DNA from: Squalus acanthias
Lineage: Eukaryota
Length of the DNA: 64,000 bases
Direction of reading: 5' to 3'
NCBI GenBank assembly: GCA_030390025.1
Contig: JASTWF010000415.1
Span: forward strand, 62,001-126,000
Shown: positions 13,227-25,743 of the stretch, in pieces
Numbering within the stretch: the first letter of the stretch is position 1
How the letters are laid out: the number at the start of each line of letters is the position of its first letter
Position numbers and translations under genes: made by a program
The notes under the pieces: model-generated
Told to the model about the DNA's origin: nothing
The model's input: the letters and a program-made list of their open reading frames with translations, nothing else
Databases searched by the model: none

Positions 13227-16050
13227 AGTGGTTTCTCAGAATATGTTGCAGGTGGTGCAGCATCGGCAGAAATCCAGTGGAATGATCCAAGGCAGCAAGC
13301 AGCCCTAAAATCAGGCTGGAAAAGTGATGTCAGCAGAGGCGACTTTCAGTTCCAAAACACTAATTGACCATGGGCAAGCCACACCTCTGAAATCAACTGG
13401 CCAATCAGGGGAAAATCGCAATTTTTTGAAAACTCTCGGTGGAGGCGGGTTTCGAACCCACCTAAACCGAAACCTGCCTCCATCCCGCCTCCAGTGGGAA
13501 AATCGCCCCCATAGAGTACAGAAGCAACGAAGTTATGATGAACCTTTATAAAACACTGGTTCAGCCTCAACTGGAGAATTGTGTCCAATTCTGGGCACCG
13601 CACTTTAGGAAGGATGTGAAGGCCTTAGAGAGGGTGCAGAAAAGATTTACGAGAATGGTTCCAGGAATGAGGGACTTCAGTTACGTGGATAGACTGGAGA
13701 AGCTGGGGTTGTTCTCCTTGGAGCAGAGAAGGTTGAGAGGAGATTTGATAGAGGTGTTCAAAATCATGAGGGGTCTAGACAGAGTAGATAGAGAGAAACT
13801 GTTCCCATTGGCGGAAGGGTCGAGAACCAGAGGACACAGATTTAAGGTGATTGGCAAAAGAACCAAAGGTGACGTGAGGACATTTTTTTTTACGCAGCGA
13901 GTGGTTAGGATCTGGAATGCACTGCCTGAAAGGGTGGTGGAGGCAGATTCAATCGTGGCTTTCAACAGGGAATTGGATAAGTACCTGAAGGGGGAAAAAA
14001 AATTGCAGGGCTAGGGGGAAAGGGCGGGGGAGTGAGACTAGCTGAAGTGCTCCTGCAGAGAGCTGGCACGGGCTCGACGAATGGCCTCCTTCTGTGCTGT
14101 ACACATTCTCTGATTCTAAGTCTCAGCAACCTGACTTGGACATATATTACTGTTCCTTCATCACTGCTGGGTCAAAATCCTGATATTTCCTAAGCCAGGA
14201 GTTTCCTCGTCCCGGGGCTGAAGGAATAACAGCAGCCAGTACTCCCAGAGAAGAGAGGTGTTCTGGCTGCTCCAGGGGCATTAGTGGGATCCACCTGGGA
14301 GTCCAGGCCCAGGATTTGATCTGGACCTCTGAAGTGTGCAAGGTTTTGTTTTCAGTTCCTTTATAAAAGGGGGCTAATGGGCCACATTGTGGCATGTTTC
14401 CAGGGGTGATCCAGGCATTCCTACCCCCTTGCCCTTCCCAAGCAGGTAGCCTTCACCACATTTAGGGGCCTCCATGGACTGAGGGCACTCGAGATGTGCT
14501 CCTCGTGGCCTGGGAACCTGCCAGTAATATTTAAATGAAGGAACCTCCTGCAACCTCAGAAAATCTGGCAGGGTCAGCGCTGGAAGTTCCCGGCCGGAGC
14601 ATTTATACCGGGATAAAAGACCAGCTGATTGTTGGCTCAGATTAAATTAGGCTAAATTAGCTTTACTGTTCTACTGTAGTATAAGTACCTTAAATTGTTG
14701 TGCTAGTGCATTGCTGCCTTTAGGACAAAGATATTTTAAAGAAAGCTTTTATACAAGACTTCTCAGTACTGGTTGTATTCTATGAATGTGGTTGAGGTTA
14801 ATTTGAAGGAGTTATTTTTCTTGCTGACATTCTTCATTCCCCTTCTCTCCTGCAGGTGCTATTTTCTGGGTATGGTTGCATTGGCACCAGGCATCCTCTC
14901 GTACCTACCTAAGTGGCTATTATGAAAGTGTGAGCAAAGGTTGGGGGGTGGGGAACAACTCACAGCCAAGGCTGAGCTTATCCTTACTTGATTTCCACAC
15001 ACATACACCTCCAGCAGCAGATGGCTATCAGGAGTGGAATCCTGGCTGAGTTTTTTCCCCCTCCCTAATAAAGTGGTGCTGAGGCCATTGCCCCAGTTGA
15101 GACCAGCTAACTCAATAGACTATGAAATCAAGGGTAGGCTCTTCCTAGTGTTTATGACTAAAATGCTCTACTGAGAAACTCAATGAGCCATTTGGGTAAC
15201 CGTAGGGGTTGAATGGCCTACTCCTGTTCCTATGTTAACAACACATTGAAGATTAATTGGCTCAGCATGGTACAGAAAACACAGATATTAAATGCCCAAG
15301 ATTTATTTTTACTTCCAAGGTATTTTACAATAACAGACCTCAGTATGTAATCTCAACCTTTTTGTTTCAGAAATCTGTTGATCTAGTTACACCAAGTCAT
15401 TCATTCTACTTCTTTTACATGTATAAACAATACACAATAAGGAACAGTAAAATAAAATGGATACTAAGTAGAGGGAAAGAAAAAGAGTATGAAAACTACT
15501 TCAAGTGATCTGGCTGGGGCAGCAGTGTCTCATATCTCACTGTTTGACCTCCCGCCAGTCATGTACAATACTCTACCATAATGTGTTCAAGTTCAAGCTT
15601 AAGAACATTTACGTATCCCTATGGTTAGCTATGAGGCAGTGCAAGCTGCTTACAGTGGGCTCATTGTTAAAGGATTCAATTTCAAATTGTTTTTTAAGCC
15701 TGTTATTTGATTACCTCCAGTCCAGGGCCAGTCATCTGTTGATGTTTCTGCTATTCAGACATCTTGTGAAGAATGAGCATGCCCAAAACCAGTAGCCACA
15801 GTGAGAATTGGTGGAGGGAAGAGTGATAAGATTTATTTTTAACAATAAACTGAGCTTGTCACCGATCTACTGTTAGCACAGAGCTAGGTAAAATGCAACA
15901 CATCCCACTATGGTGCTAGACCCCAAAAATGTCAAAAGATGAAATTCACTTTATAGCTGCTTTTTCAATGGTGTGTTATACATTGAATTTTTTTTAAATT
16001 GTTAAATTTAGCTTTCTTGAAATGCTGTTAGCTCCCTTACTAATCAATTA

Positions 16051-16200
16051 ATAGAATCATAGAAATTTACGGCACAGAAGGAGGCCATTCAGCCCATCGT
16101 GCCTGTACCGGCCGAAAAAGAGCTATCTAGCCTAATCCCACTTTCCAGCTCTTGGTCTGTAGCCCTGTAGGTTACGACACTTCAAGTGCATATCCAAGTA
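16051..16200 (-). mobile_element. CR1 3' tail
   Basis: atagaatcatagaa...ggaggccattcagccc; another short CR1-type tail lies at about 17606-17750. Confidence 0.75.
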
Positions 16201-18193
16201 ATTGTTTTGACGTCAGAGAAATTAATTATTGTGTCCTGAAGAAACTATTAATTTCCACGTACGTGGAGTAAGTTTAAAAAAATCTCTTCTCACCAATTTT
16301 CTTTCCTCCCCATCTCTTCTGACGATGTCGTACAGTTCAACTAGCATTGGTATCTTGCCCAGCTGGCTGTTATTCAAGTGTGAACCTTGTTGGTGAATAT
16401 TGGTGAATTTGATTGTGAGCACATCACAGCTGAGCCCAATCCTGTATACACATGCACACATCGGGTACGGGTTGCTGGGTGGCAATCAGCTGCTTCTCTC
16501 CAGCAACCACCCCACCACCACCCTCCCCCTGCCCACTATCTGCTCATGGGCTGTTGCAACCAATTGTAGCATTCCTTCCCCTACCCAGGCTGCGTTCAGC
16601 TAACTCAGCATAAATTGCCTCTCAAACCTGGGGCCTTCCTAGTCAGCACGCCTCAGCTACTTGCTGTGTGACCCAGCGGAGAGATCCCATGGAATGACTT
16701 AAGTTCAAGTACAGGTATGGTATAAATCTGTCTTTTCAAAATATCAGAATATATCAGTCACAAATTAAGCAGAGTAAAATCGAATTCAATTTAAAACTTT
16801 ACACAAAACTTTTATCCTACTAAAATAAACTATAAAGAATTGTAAAATGTAAATACAGACTAGTTGACCTCTAACTTGATGCCTATCATTTGACTGACTA
16901 TGATGTGTTTAGCCCTTATGTACATGTTCTTGTTAATTGGTAATAAAGTGCAGTATTAGTTTTGGAATATTTGGTGTGTGAATTTTGAATGCAGTATGAG
17001 CCACATTGGAACCAGATTTTAGTTATATGCTAGTAGAACAGACTGCTCGGACGTTTGCTTAGTGCCACCTTCATATTTTACAAAGTGCAGGTTTCTCGTA
17101 CAGTTTGCAAATTTAAAACTGCTTTTAAAAAACATTACGACACATATGGAAACATTATAATGGGATGGATTCTGAAAAAATCTACAAAATCTGAAGTTAC
17201 TGAATGCTAACTTATATCTGCTTCATGCCATCAAATTAAAAACAATGAATAGGTATACTCAACAATGCATAAACCCTATCTTTTTGAAAAACAGACATTG
17301 ATCTGTAAACAGTCAATACAGTAGAGTGAAACAATCCAAATTGGAAAGATTTCTCAGGACCTCTAGATATAAACGAGATTGGCTGTATATGTACTGCTGA
17401 AGATTAGAGACATTAATATCATCTGGAATACATTCTGATAATGTGGTCACAAAAAACATTACACAATTTAGTAACCTTTACTTTGCCCTAACTTAAGAAT
17501 TTGAAACCACACTTTGTGTTCATTGAGAAATCCACATTGTTTATGATGGTGACAGATGTGCAGATATGAATGAGGGGTGTGATAGTCTATAAATAACCCA
17601 CGTTACATAAGAAATAGGAGCAGGAGTAGGCCATTTGGTCCTTCGAGCCTGCTCCACCATTCAGTAAGATCATGGCTGATCTTCTACCTCATCTCCACTT
17701 TCCTGCACTATCCCCATATCCCTTAATATTCGAAAATCTATCAATCTCTGATGGTTTGAGATGGGATATTATTGTATTGTCCTGACTGACAATCAACTCA
17801 ATTTAGCAACTGAGTAAATTATAGCTATTGTGTATTAACTTCATTGAAAACCTTACTGTAACTTACTCTGAGATTTCTTTCATTTAAATATTAAAAAGTA
17901 ACAAAAATACATCCACCTAAAGGCAGCCACTACCAGTCTGCAGCAAAATACAAAAGTTGCTCCTAAAGACATGACTTAACGGAGTCTGAGTGCAACATGA
18001 CTGCATTCTTGGGTTTTATTTTCTTACTCTACTAGTCCTATTAAAATTGTATAGAAATTAAATATCCATTCAATGTAATATAACCTTATTGAGATAATTT
18101 GCGTTTTATGTTTTCTGGGTAAATTCTGTGGCCATTGAGCTGGAGGAAGTCGGTGTTGAGGAAGGAAATGCTTTTTTCCACTTTCCACACTAA

Positions 18194-18781
18194 AGGGGGA
18201 ATTTTAACTCTTCCTGATTGGCAGGAAGAGCGTGACAGCAGTTAAAATGGAGCGGCTCCATTCCCGCCGATTCCCCATTTTAATGCCGCTGATTTTGACA
18301 GCGGATGAGGCTCTGGCTGGACTCTGGTGAACACGGGACCCTGATGGAATTTTAACCCTCTCCTGAGCAGGGCACCTGTCACAGCCGCTCCGTCAGATAA
18401 AGCTATCGGGAAGCCGGCGAGGCAACTGAAGGTGAGAAAACTTTCCTTAGTGGGGCCAGGAGGAGCAGGAGTGCTCCACCAGGCCCTGCAAGGAATGTCT
18501 GGGCCTTTCTGCCCCGGCCTCCTCTTCCAGGCGCGAGACCTTCGGAACACCCCCCCCCCCAAGCGATTGACCTTGCTGTCGGCAGCCTTCTCTTGGTGCT
18601 GGTGAACAACCTCCGGGCCACTCGCTCTTCGTCGCCCAGCTGCCGCTATCAGCTCAGAACAGGCAAGCAGCTGACCGGCAGCATTCAAATAAGGCCCGGC
18701 AGTTAAAACATGCTGTTGCCTCCAACTCAAGCTCCCGGGCGGGAATGCTATCCACTCCCACCGGGACTTAAAATCGGTCCT
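18194..18781. mobile_element. Non-autonomous Harbinger-type element (MITE)
   Basis: Imperfect TIRs agggggaattttaa / ttaaaatcggtcct; internal ggagcaggagtgctcc motif shared with other MITEs in the window. Confidence 0.65.
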
Positions 18782-20693
18782 TGAGTGGCAGCAATATCGG
18801 GTCAGACCAAATGTAGTAATACGCTTCCCAAGTATAACTTAACCACAACTTTAGAAAAGCAACCCCTATTGCATTAACATTTCCACGTCCCACGGCAACT
18901 ATTTTGTCTGTCGATTCACCCCTAACAAGGAGCTGGCTTGAAAATGCCCAGATTCATTTTGCAGAGAATCCCCCTTACAGGTGGCAGAAAGAGACATTAT
19001 GCCATCAGTTAGGACTGGAGTTGAAAGCAGGTCTTTGAGATAAGAGGACATTGTTAACTCACTGCACTATCCCATTGCTACTTGTATTTAAGTAAAATAA
19101 GGGCAACACCAGTGACTACTTACATCAATATATAATATCCATAAAAGGTTGTAATTAATACACTAGATTTTAGTAAAGCAATGTGTGCAAAACTCTTCCA
19201 TATATAGTTAAATACTGTAGGCACTACCCCTTTACCTGGTTATTAAAATAATATATGTCCTCTGAATGTTCATTATTTCATCCTAAGCACAAAAGTTTTC
19301 TTTTATTCCCTTCTATAAAATAATATCGTACCAAGCTACATACAAACCACTTTGTAAATCAGAATGCACAAAGTTCTCTGGCTTATTCCATTCTTTAGTT
19401 TGGATATTGAAATGTTAATGTTGATCTGAAATAAGCATCATCAGAAAGTAGTGCTGTTGCTTTCAATATAATCAAGGCTAGTTCTGGGAGAGTTGGGTTA
19501 TACAATCTATTCAATGTGATTAGAGACCCATCTCCCCAAAATCACTATTGCTGAAAAAACTATTTCATAACCAATTTTTGCTGTTATTCTGGAACCTGCT
19601 TTCTTTTTTTTTAAAGTGCATGATGCATTTTCTAGGAGAGATTATCCCTGCCAAGCATTTTGCAAATGCAAGGCAAAGAACACATCAGTACTGTCTGCTG
19701 CTGGATGCTTTGTTCTCACCAATACAGAGCACATACTTTGAATCAATAATAAGGCTGGCATCGATCCCAGTTGGAAGTTAAATGTAGGACCGCACAATAC
19801 AAAGCACAACACCCAGGCAGGGAGTTGCAATTATCTGTTGCTAGGCTAGCCAATGCCTTCTCGAAGCTGCTCTCTGATTTGGCCCAATCAGCAGTGAGAA
19901 TTACATCATTGTCTTGGGAGAAACAAAACACTTAGGTCAGATGTGGGCCACAACACACTGAGCAAAAATTGCAGAATCACCTTCAAAATGTAATTACTAT
20001 GTATATGCATTTGATTCAAGTTTCAAATGAAATCACCACCTATTAAAATAGGTCAGACAAGTATACAACAGCCCACAGTAAAATATGAACTCAGATTTTA
20101 AAGAGCAATACGTAGGACTGCCAGGATTCCTAATAAATACTGAACTGGGACAAAAAGTAGCTGGAATGCATGTATTTTTATTTGTAAGGCAACAATGGAT
20201 ATGCAAAAGAAAACTAGCTAATTGCACACACCTCCCCTGCCCCGACTGCTTACAAGCAGTCATTTTTATCAAAAAGAAGAGCAGTCCTACGTATCATCTC
20301 CAATTTAATCTCAATTACACTTTCACATTTGAAATGTTCATGTCTTCTCTGTAAAATGCTCTGTTCAGATCTATAAATTTAATTATAAAAAGGGCTGGTA
20401 GAGAAAATGAGTGCTTCATTATCAGTAGTTAAGGCGATGGGACTACAGTTCTTATTGGAATGTCAAGGAACCTGGAATGTCAAGATTTCATGACCAGCAA
20501 GAACAGCTTTGACTGTCGCCGGCGTCAAACTAGAGGAATGGATACAGTTCACAATGGTCTGCACAGATTCTGTGCAAAAACACACCACTAAAACATAACT
20601 GGCTCCAAGCCAAGTGATTTAAACCGCATTTGTGATTGATCCGTCTATCTGAAAACGAGATGATGCGAAACCCAATAAAATGAACCTGGAATG

Positions 20694-20944
20694 TCAGCAG
20701 CTACATCCCCATCCTTCATTCACATCTTTGCTGTTTAATTTGATGCTTTCGGTTGCTTTCTCAGTGAACATAGGCCCAGCGTGTCTCAGCATTAGCTCCG
20801 TGGCCATTTTTATAAAAGCTTCTTCCACGTTGCTAGAATCTTTGGCAGAAGTTTCTAATACAGACACCATATCATAGTGATCTGCAAGAGTTTGGGCTTC
20901 TTGGCATTGAACCTGTCGGACATCATTCTTATCGGACTTGTTAC
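20694..20944 (-). CDS. RAB43: Rab-43, coding exon 3 (not in the supplied ORF track)
   Basis: Acceptor ttgcAG (20946-20945); (G)[11 protein letters not shown]...[54 protein letters not shown]. Contains NKxD, ETSAK and a C-terminal CXC geranylgeranylation motif. The three exons total 630 nt = 209 aa + stop. Confidence 0.95.
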
Positions 20945-21318
20945 CTGCAACAGTAAACAGAAACTTAACATTCTGCTAAATCAATGTACACTAGTTTGTC
21001 CTATTGATGCAGCATTTTCAGCCTCAAATTCATCAAAAACATAGACAATACACAGAAACAGGCCAACCAGTCTGTGTGAGCAAAAAGTCCTAATCACATT
21101 TATCTGCTCAGTTCCATATCCCTTTATCCTTCATCCACCTATTCAATCTAATCTTGACAGCTTCTGCCTCAACCACTAACCTTGGCACTGAATTCCACAG
21201 CCTCATACGTCTCTGTAAAGAAGTTTCTCCTGCTGTCTGTTCTAAATCTCTGACATTTAACTTTGTACCTATGGCTCCTTGTTCTAAAGTAAGAACTTGC
21301 ATTTCTATAGCGCCTTTC

Positions 21319-21665
21319 ACAGTACTGTGGGAGTGCTGCACTGTTGGAGGTGCCGTCTTTCAGATAAGACATTAAACCGAGTCCCCGTCTACCCTCTAAG
21401 ATGGACGTAAAAGATCCCATGGCACTATTTTGAAGAAGAGCAGGAGAGTCCTGGCAAATATTTATCCCTCAATCAACATCACTAAAACTGATTATCTGGT
21501 CATTATCACATTGCTGATTGTGGGAGCTTGCTGTGCGCAAATTTGTCTGCCGCGTTTCCTACATTACAACAATGACTACACTTCAAAAAGTACTTCATTG
21601 GCTGTAAAGCGCTTTGGGGCATCCGGTGGTCGTGAAAAACGGGAGATAAATGTAAGTCTGTCTTC
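21319..21665 (+). mobile_element. DeuSINE (SacSINE1-like)
   Basis: gtgctgcactgttggaggtgccgtcttt..attaaaccgag..gtaaaagatcccatggcactatt Deu-type core and tgtaaagcgctttggg tail. An inverted tail copy abuts it at 21291-21320; a second fragment lies at about 32346-32525. Confidence 0.8.
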
Positions 21666-21699
21666 TTTTCTAAACAGATAAGCTGGCATTGAAAGTTGG

Positions 21700-22390
21700 G
21701 AAATAGAAGGGTGGTTAAGTGAAGGAATCCCTGGGAAGAGGGGATCACTGAGCTCAAGTACAGAGTTAGATAGAGGTGAGGCCATGCAGGAATTTTTATT
21801 TTGTGGCTTTGAGAGCCATTGTAGGTCAATGAGGACAGGAGTGATGGACGAGCAGGACACGTTGCAGGTTAGGAGACAGGCAAGCGTTTTGGATGAGCTG
21901 AAGTCTATGGAAGGTGGAGGATGGAAAGCCGGCCGGGACAGTCATCAAGCCTGGAAGCGACGTGGGAATAAATGAGGGTTTTGGTGCAGCTGGACTGAGG
22001 TAGTGGCAGAGCTGGGTGATGCTATGGAGGTGGAAGCAGGTGGTCTTTGTGATGGAGAGGATAAGAGATTGAAAACTCATCTCAGGGTTGAACAGGACAC
22101 TGAGCTTGCAAACAGTCTGGCTCAGCCCGAAGCATTGGCCAGAGAGCGGGCATGGTGAGGGTACGGAGCTTATGGCAGGGGCTAAAGACGATGGCTTCGG
22201 TCTCCCCAATGTTTAGCTGGAGGAAATTATGGCTCATCCAAGATTGGAAGTTGGTTATGCAGTCTGATAGCATACAGGCAGTGGCGGGTTGAGAGAGGTG
22301 CAGCGAAGTGTTAACAGCCTACATGTGGAAGTCGACCTCATGACTGCAGACAATGTCACCACAGGACATCATGCAGATGAGGAAGAGAAG
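21700..22390 (-). mobile_element. Degenerate L2 LINE fragment
   Basis: LSDCITNFQSWMSHNFLQLNIGETEAIVF; LQLIQN motif. Confidence 0.75.
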
Positions 22391-23324
22391 CCATTGCTAA
22401 AGATGCTCTGGTTCCGATCAAATAGGGTAACTACAAAGTTGCTTTAAAGTTTTTAACCAAAGAGTTGTATGATTAGTGAGCACTTTTCACTTTCCATTCC
22501 AGATACAGGAAGCAAATTACTGGAATCAGAACAGAAATAATAGTCAAGCTTTCAGCGGTCACCATTGTCTACAGTACTAAAACAGTACAACAAATGTGCT
22601 GCTTGCAGTTTGGCAAGTATCATCACTACAACTGTAAAGGGCCATACATACTCTGAAACTCACTCTTGGGACTATTGCTGTGTATCACATTTCAATATGG
22701 AAATAATCATTAGTGAAGATCAGTGTACTGTAATTATAATGGCATTTTAAAATGTAGTAAGCTACAATGGAACGAGAATATGGAATTACATGGTGTACAA
22801 ATGGGCTGTCAATCTGAACTATATTAACATGAAACATACATTGGCACAACACTGAGCAACAACTTCATGTGTGCCTAGAAACCGTATAATTTTGCACATT
22901 AAACATGGCTTCATTCAGAAGTGGTTTTCATTTGGATTTATGTAGTCTGCATGCAGGTACAATTGAGGTAGGATTTCTACATTAAGTATTGATTCTTTAT
23001 AATTGTACACAGAAAATTTTCATTTAAAACACAACCCTCTTCTGTTTATGAAAAAAAGTAAATTTCAAGTTTACTAAGGAAACAAAATTCTTCTCCAAAT
23101 GGTTGGCTGAGTGAAGGGAGAAGCAGGGTAGTAGAGGGATAAGCTTTGATGGGTTGAATGACCTTTTCTCATCCTTTACTCTTCTATGCTCTACCAGTGA
23201 GGTACTCAGCTCCAACTATTTCACCACTAGGAAATGCTATTTCTTTCACTCATGCAATGCTTTCTGGAAAGTATGGCCACTGGAATTTTTGTGACAATCC
23301 TTTGAATGATTTACTACATTAAAG

Positions 23325-23710
23325 ACAACTTGTACTTTTATATAACGCCTTTAACATAGTAAGACGTCCCAAGGCGCTTCACAAGAGTGTTATCAAACAA
23401 AATTTGACACTGAACCACATAAGGAGAAATTAGAGCAGATGACCAAAGGCTTGGTTAAAGAGGTAGGTTTTAAGAGCGTCTTAAAGGAGGAGAGAGAGGT
23501 CGCGAGGTGGAGAGGTTTAGGCAGGGAATTCCAGAGCTTAGGGCCTAGGCAACAGAAGGCTGGCTGAACGATTAAAATCGGGGATGCTCAAGAGGCCAGA
23601 ATTAGAGGAGCGCAGATATCTCGGGGGGGTCGTGGGACTGGAGGAGATTACAGAGATAGGGAGGGGCGAGGCCATGGAGGGATTTGAAAACAAGGATGAG
23701 AATTTTAAAA
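23325..23710 (-). mobile_element. L2 LINE 3' end
   Basis: Reverse complement of the 61548-61981 element. Confidence 0.85.
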
Positions 23711-24764
23711 GACACTCTGCAAGTGTAAATTGTTGTTGGCTCAAGATCAGTAACTAGGATATAAAACCTTTCAAGATAACTTTTTGGCTGATTAACTGAA
23801 ATAGATTTTAAAATTATATTAATGAGGCATGATTATTCTGGTGTATTTAGCTTGATAACTCTGGTTGGTCATACTTCTGGAGGTTGCATCACATGACCTC
23901 CCACCGCCAACCACCCTGCTCCCAGGCTCCCGCTATTGGTCACCCGACACGTCCAACCTCGCGGCGCACTGCCTTCCTACACCAATCGGAAAGTGAACAG
24001 GCTTTTCATTACCTGATTGGATGACTCTTGACTGTCAAACAGCCTTTTTCCACCCCCATTGTCAATATTTTTATAACTAAAAACAAAAGTGTTCAAAAAA
24101 TATGAAAAAGACCACCCAATTTTTTAAATACCCCTATGATTTTTTTCCTGGGTTGATCGCAAATGTCCAGAAGATCTATCTTTAATTCCTACAAACTCCA
24201 GGACAAGGCAATCCTGTGGTCTACTCCTTTTAATTCACATCTTATTTTGAATTTTGATCATTTAATTCTTTTTCAAGCACTAAATTTCCACGTTGCGGTT
24301 ATTTATGTTGCTTAATTTGAATTACTGGTTAATTCACATTTTTTAAGTACAAAAAATGGCTTTGAATTATCAGGAATAGACAGTAATACTACGTCAACTG
24401 TCCTAGGAATCATTCCACAAGGGAAAATCCACAGCCTACTCAGGGTGATGCAATAATAAAGCAATTATTACAAGCTAGATTTCTCCACAACGTAACAGCA
24501 TAAGATTAAGACAAGTTGGCAGAGGATTTTGTTTGTATGTAAGCAGTTAAAATTTGGCTGCAAAAATTTCACACCAATTAGACCATGGCAGAGGTCTGAA
24601 CATTCTGTTTCATTTACAAACTGAATAGTCCTTTTGAGCAGTTCTTAATGCAATCTCACATCTTAAAGGTGTTGGGTGAACTTCTAAACAGAGTCTGAGG
24701 AGTACATTTTATTGGACTATAATAAATTGCACTTTTCTTTCTATGAACATAAATATGGTCATCT

Positions 24765-25030
24765 AGGTAAAGGGGGTGTAGAAACAGAAAGACCGGGGGC
24801 TGTACATACACAAGTCTTTGAAGGTGGCAGGACAAGTTGAGAAGGCTGTTAAAAAGGCATACGGGATCCTTGGCTTTATAAATAGAGGCATAGAGTACAA
24901 AAGCAACAATGTTATGCTAAATCTTTATAAACACTGGTTAGGCCCCAACTGGAGTATTGTGTCCAATTCTAAGCACCACACTCTGGGAAGCATGTCATGG
25001 CCTTAGAGAGGGTGCAAAGGAGATTTACTA
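24765..25030 (+). mobile_element. CR1 fragment
   Basis: KVAGQVEKAVKKAYGILGFINRGIEYKS. Confidence 0.85.
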
Positions 25031-25743
25031 GAACATAAGAACATAAGAAATAGGAGCAGGAGTAGGCCATTTGGCCCTTCGAGCCTGCTCCACCATTCAA
25101 TAAGGTCCTGCTGATGTTCTACCTCAACTCCACCTTCCCACACTATCCCCATACCCCTCGATTCCCTTAGTATCCAAATATTTATCAATCTCAGTCTTGA
25201 ATATACTCAAGGATTGAGCATCCACAGCCCTCTGGGGTAGAGAATTCCAAAGATTCACAACCCTTTGAGTGAAGATACTTCTCCTCATCTCAGTCCTAAA
25301 TGGCCTACCACTTATTCTGAGATTGTGACCCCTGGTTCTAGACTCCCCTGCCAGGGGAAGCATCCTCCCATTATCTACCGTCAAGCTCCTTAAGAATTTT
25401 ATACATTTCAATAAGATCACCTCTCATTCTTCTAAACCTAGGGAATATAGGCCTAGTCTACTCAATCTCTCCTCTTAGGACAATCCCCCCAACCCAGGAA
25501 TCAGTCTAGCGAACCTTTGTTGCACTCCCTCTAAGGCAAGTCTAGGTAAAAAGACCAAAACTGTACACAGTACTCCAGGTGTTTTCTCCCCAAGGCCCTA
25601 TATAATTGCAGTAAGACTTCTTTACTCTTATACTTCAATCCTTTTGTAATAAAGGCTAACCTATTATTTACTTTCCTAATTGCTTGCTGTACCTGCATGT
25701 TAACTTTCTGTGATTTGTGTACAAGGACACCCATGTCCCTCTG
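25031..25743 (-). mobile_element. CR1 3' fragment
   Basis: QVQQAIRKVN..KSKEVLLQLYRAL..HLEYCVQFW, ESRTRGHNLRI..FTQRVVNLWNSLP; (TTCTTATG)n tail. Confidence 0.88.

Larger units (their letters stand above)
10600..13510 (+). mobile_element. PIF/Harbinger DNA transposon (internally deleted autonomous-type copy)
   Basis: TIRs GGGGGCGATATTC / GAAAATCGCCCCC; subterminal gcgggtt..aaccc motifs; convergent transposase and Myb/SANT-like ORFs. Confidence 0.92.
10454..14117 (+). mobile_element. CR1 LINE 3' part (10454-10596 + 13511-14117) split by a Harbinger transposon
   Basis: ERDLGV-like..KAYGILGFINRG resumes as IEYRSNEVMMNLYKTLVQPQLENCVQFWAP..LERVQKRF after the transposon; ATTCT-type tail. Confidence 0.92.
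8870..14195 (+). mobile_element. Old CR1-group LINE copy broken into three pieces (about 8870-9058, 10140-10453, 14118-14195) by later insertions
   Basis: The pieces are colinear with the younger copies at 9061-10135 and 60135-61112; caagttccct (to 10453) rejoins aagtc...ctgacttgga (from 14118). Confidence 0.65.

Noticed and set aside
20424-20445. tRNA-Ser-like stretch agtagttaaggcgatgggacta in the RAB43 3' UTR
   Set aside because: Only about 20 nt of similarity, with no acceptor stem, T-arm or B box; probably chance.
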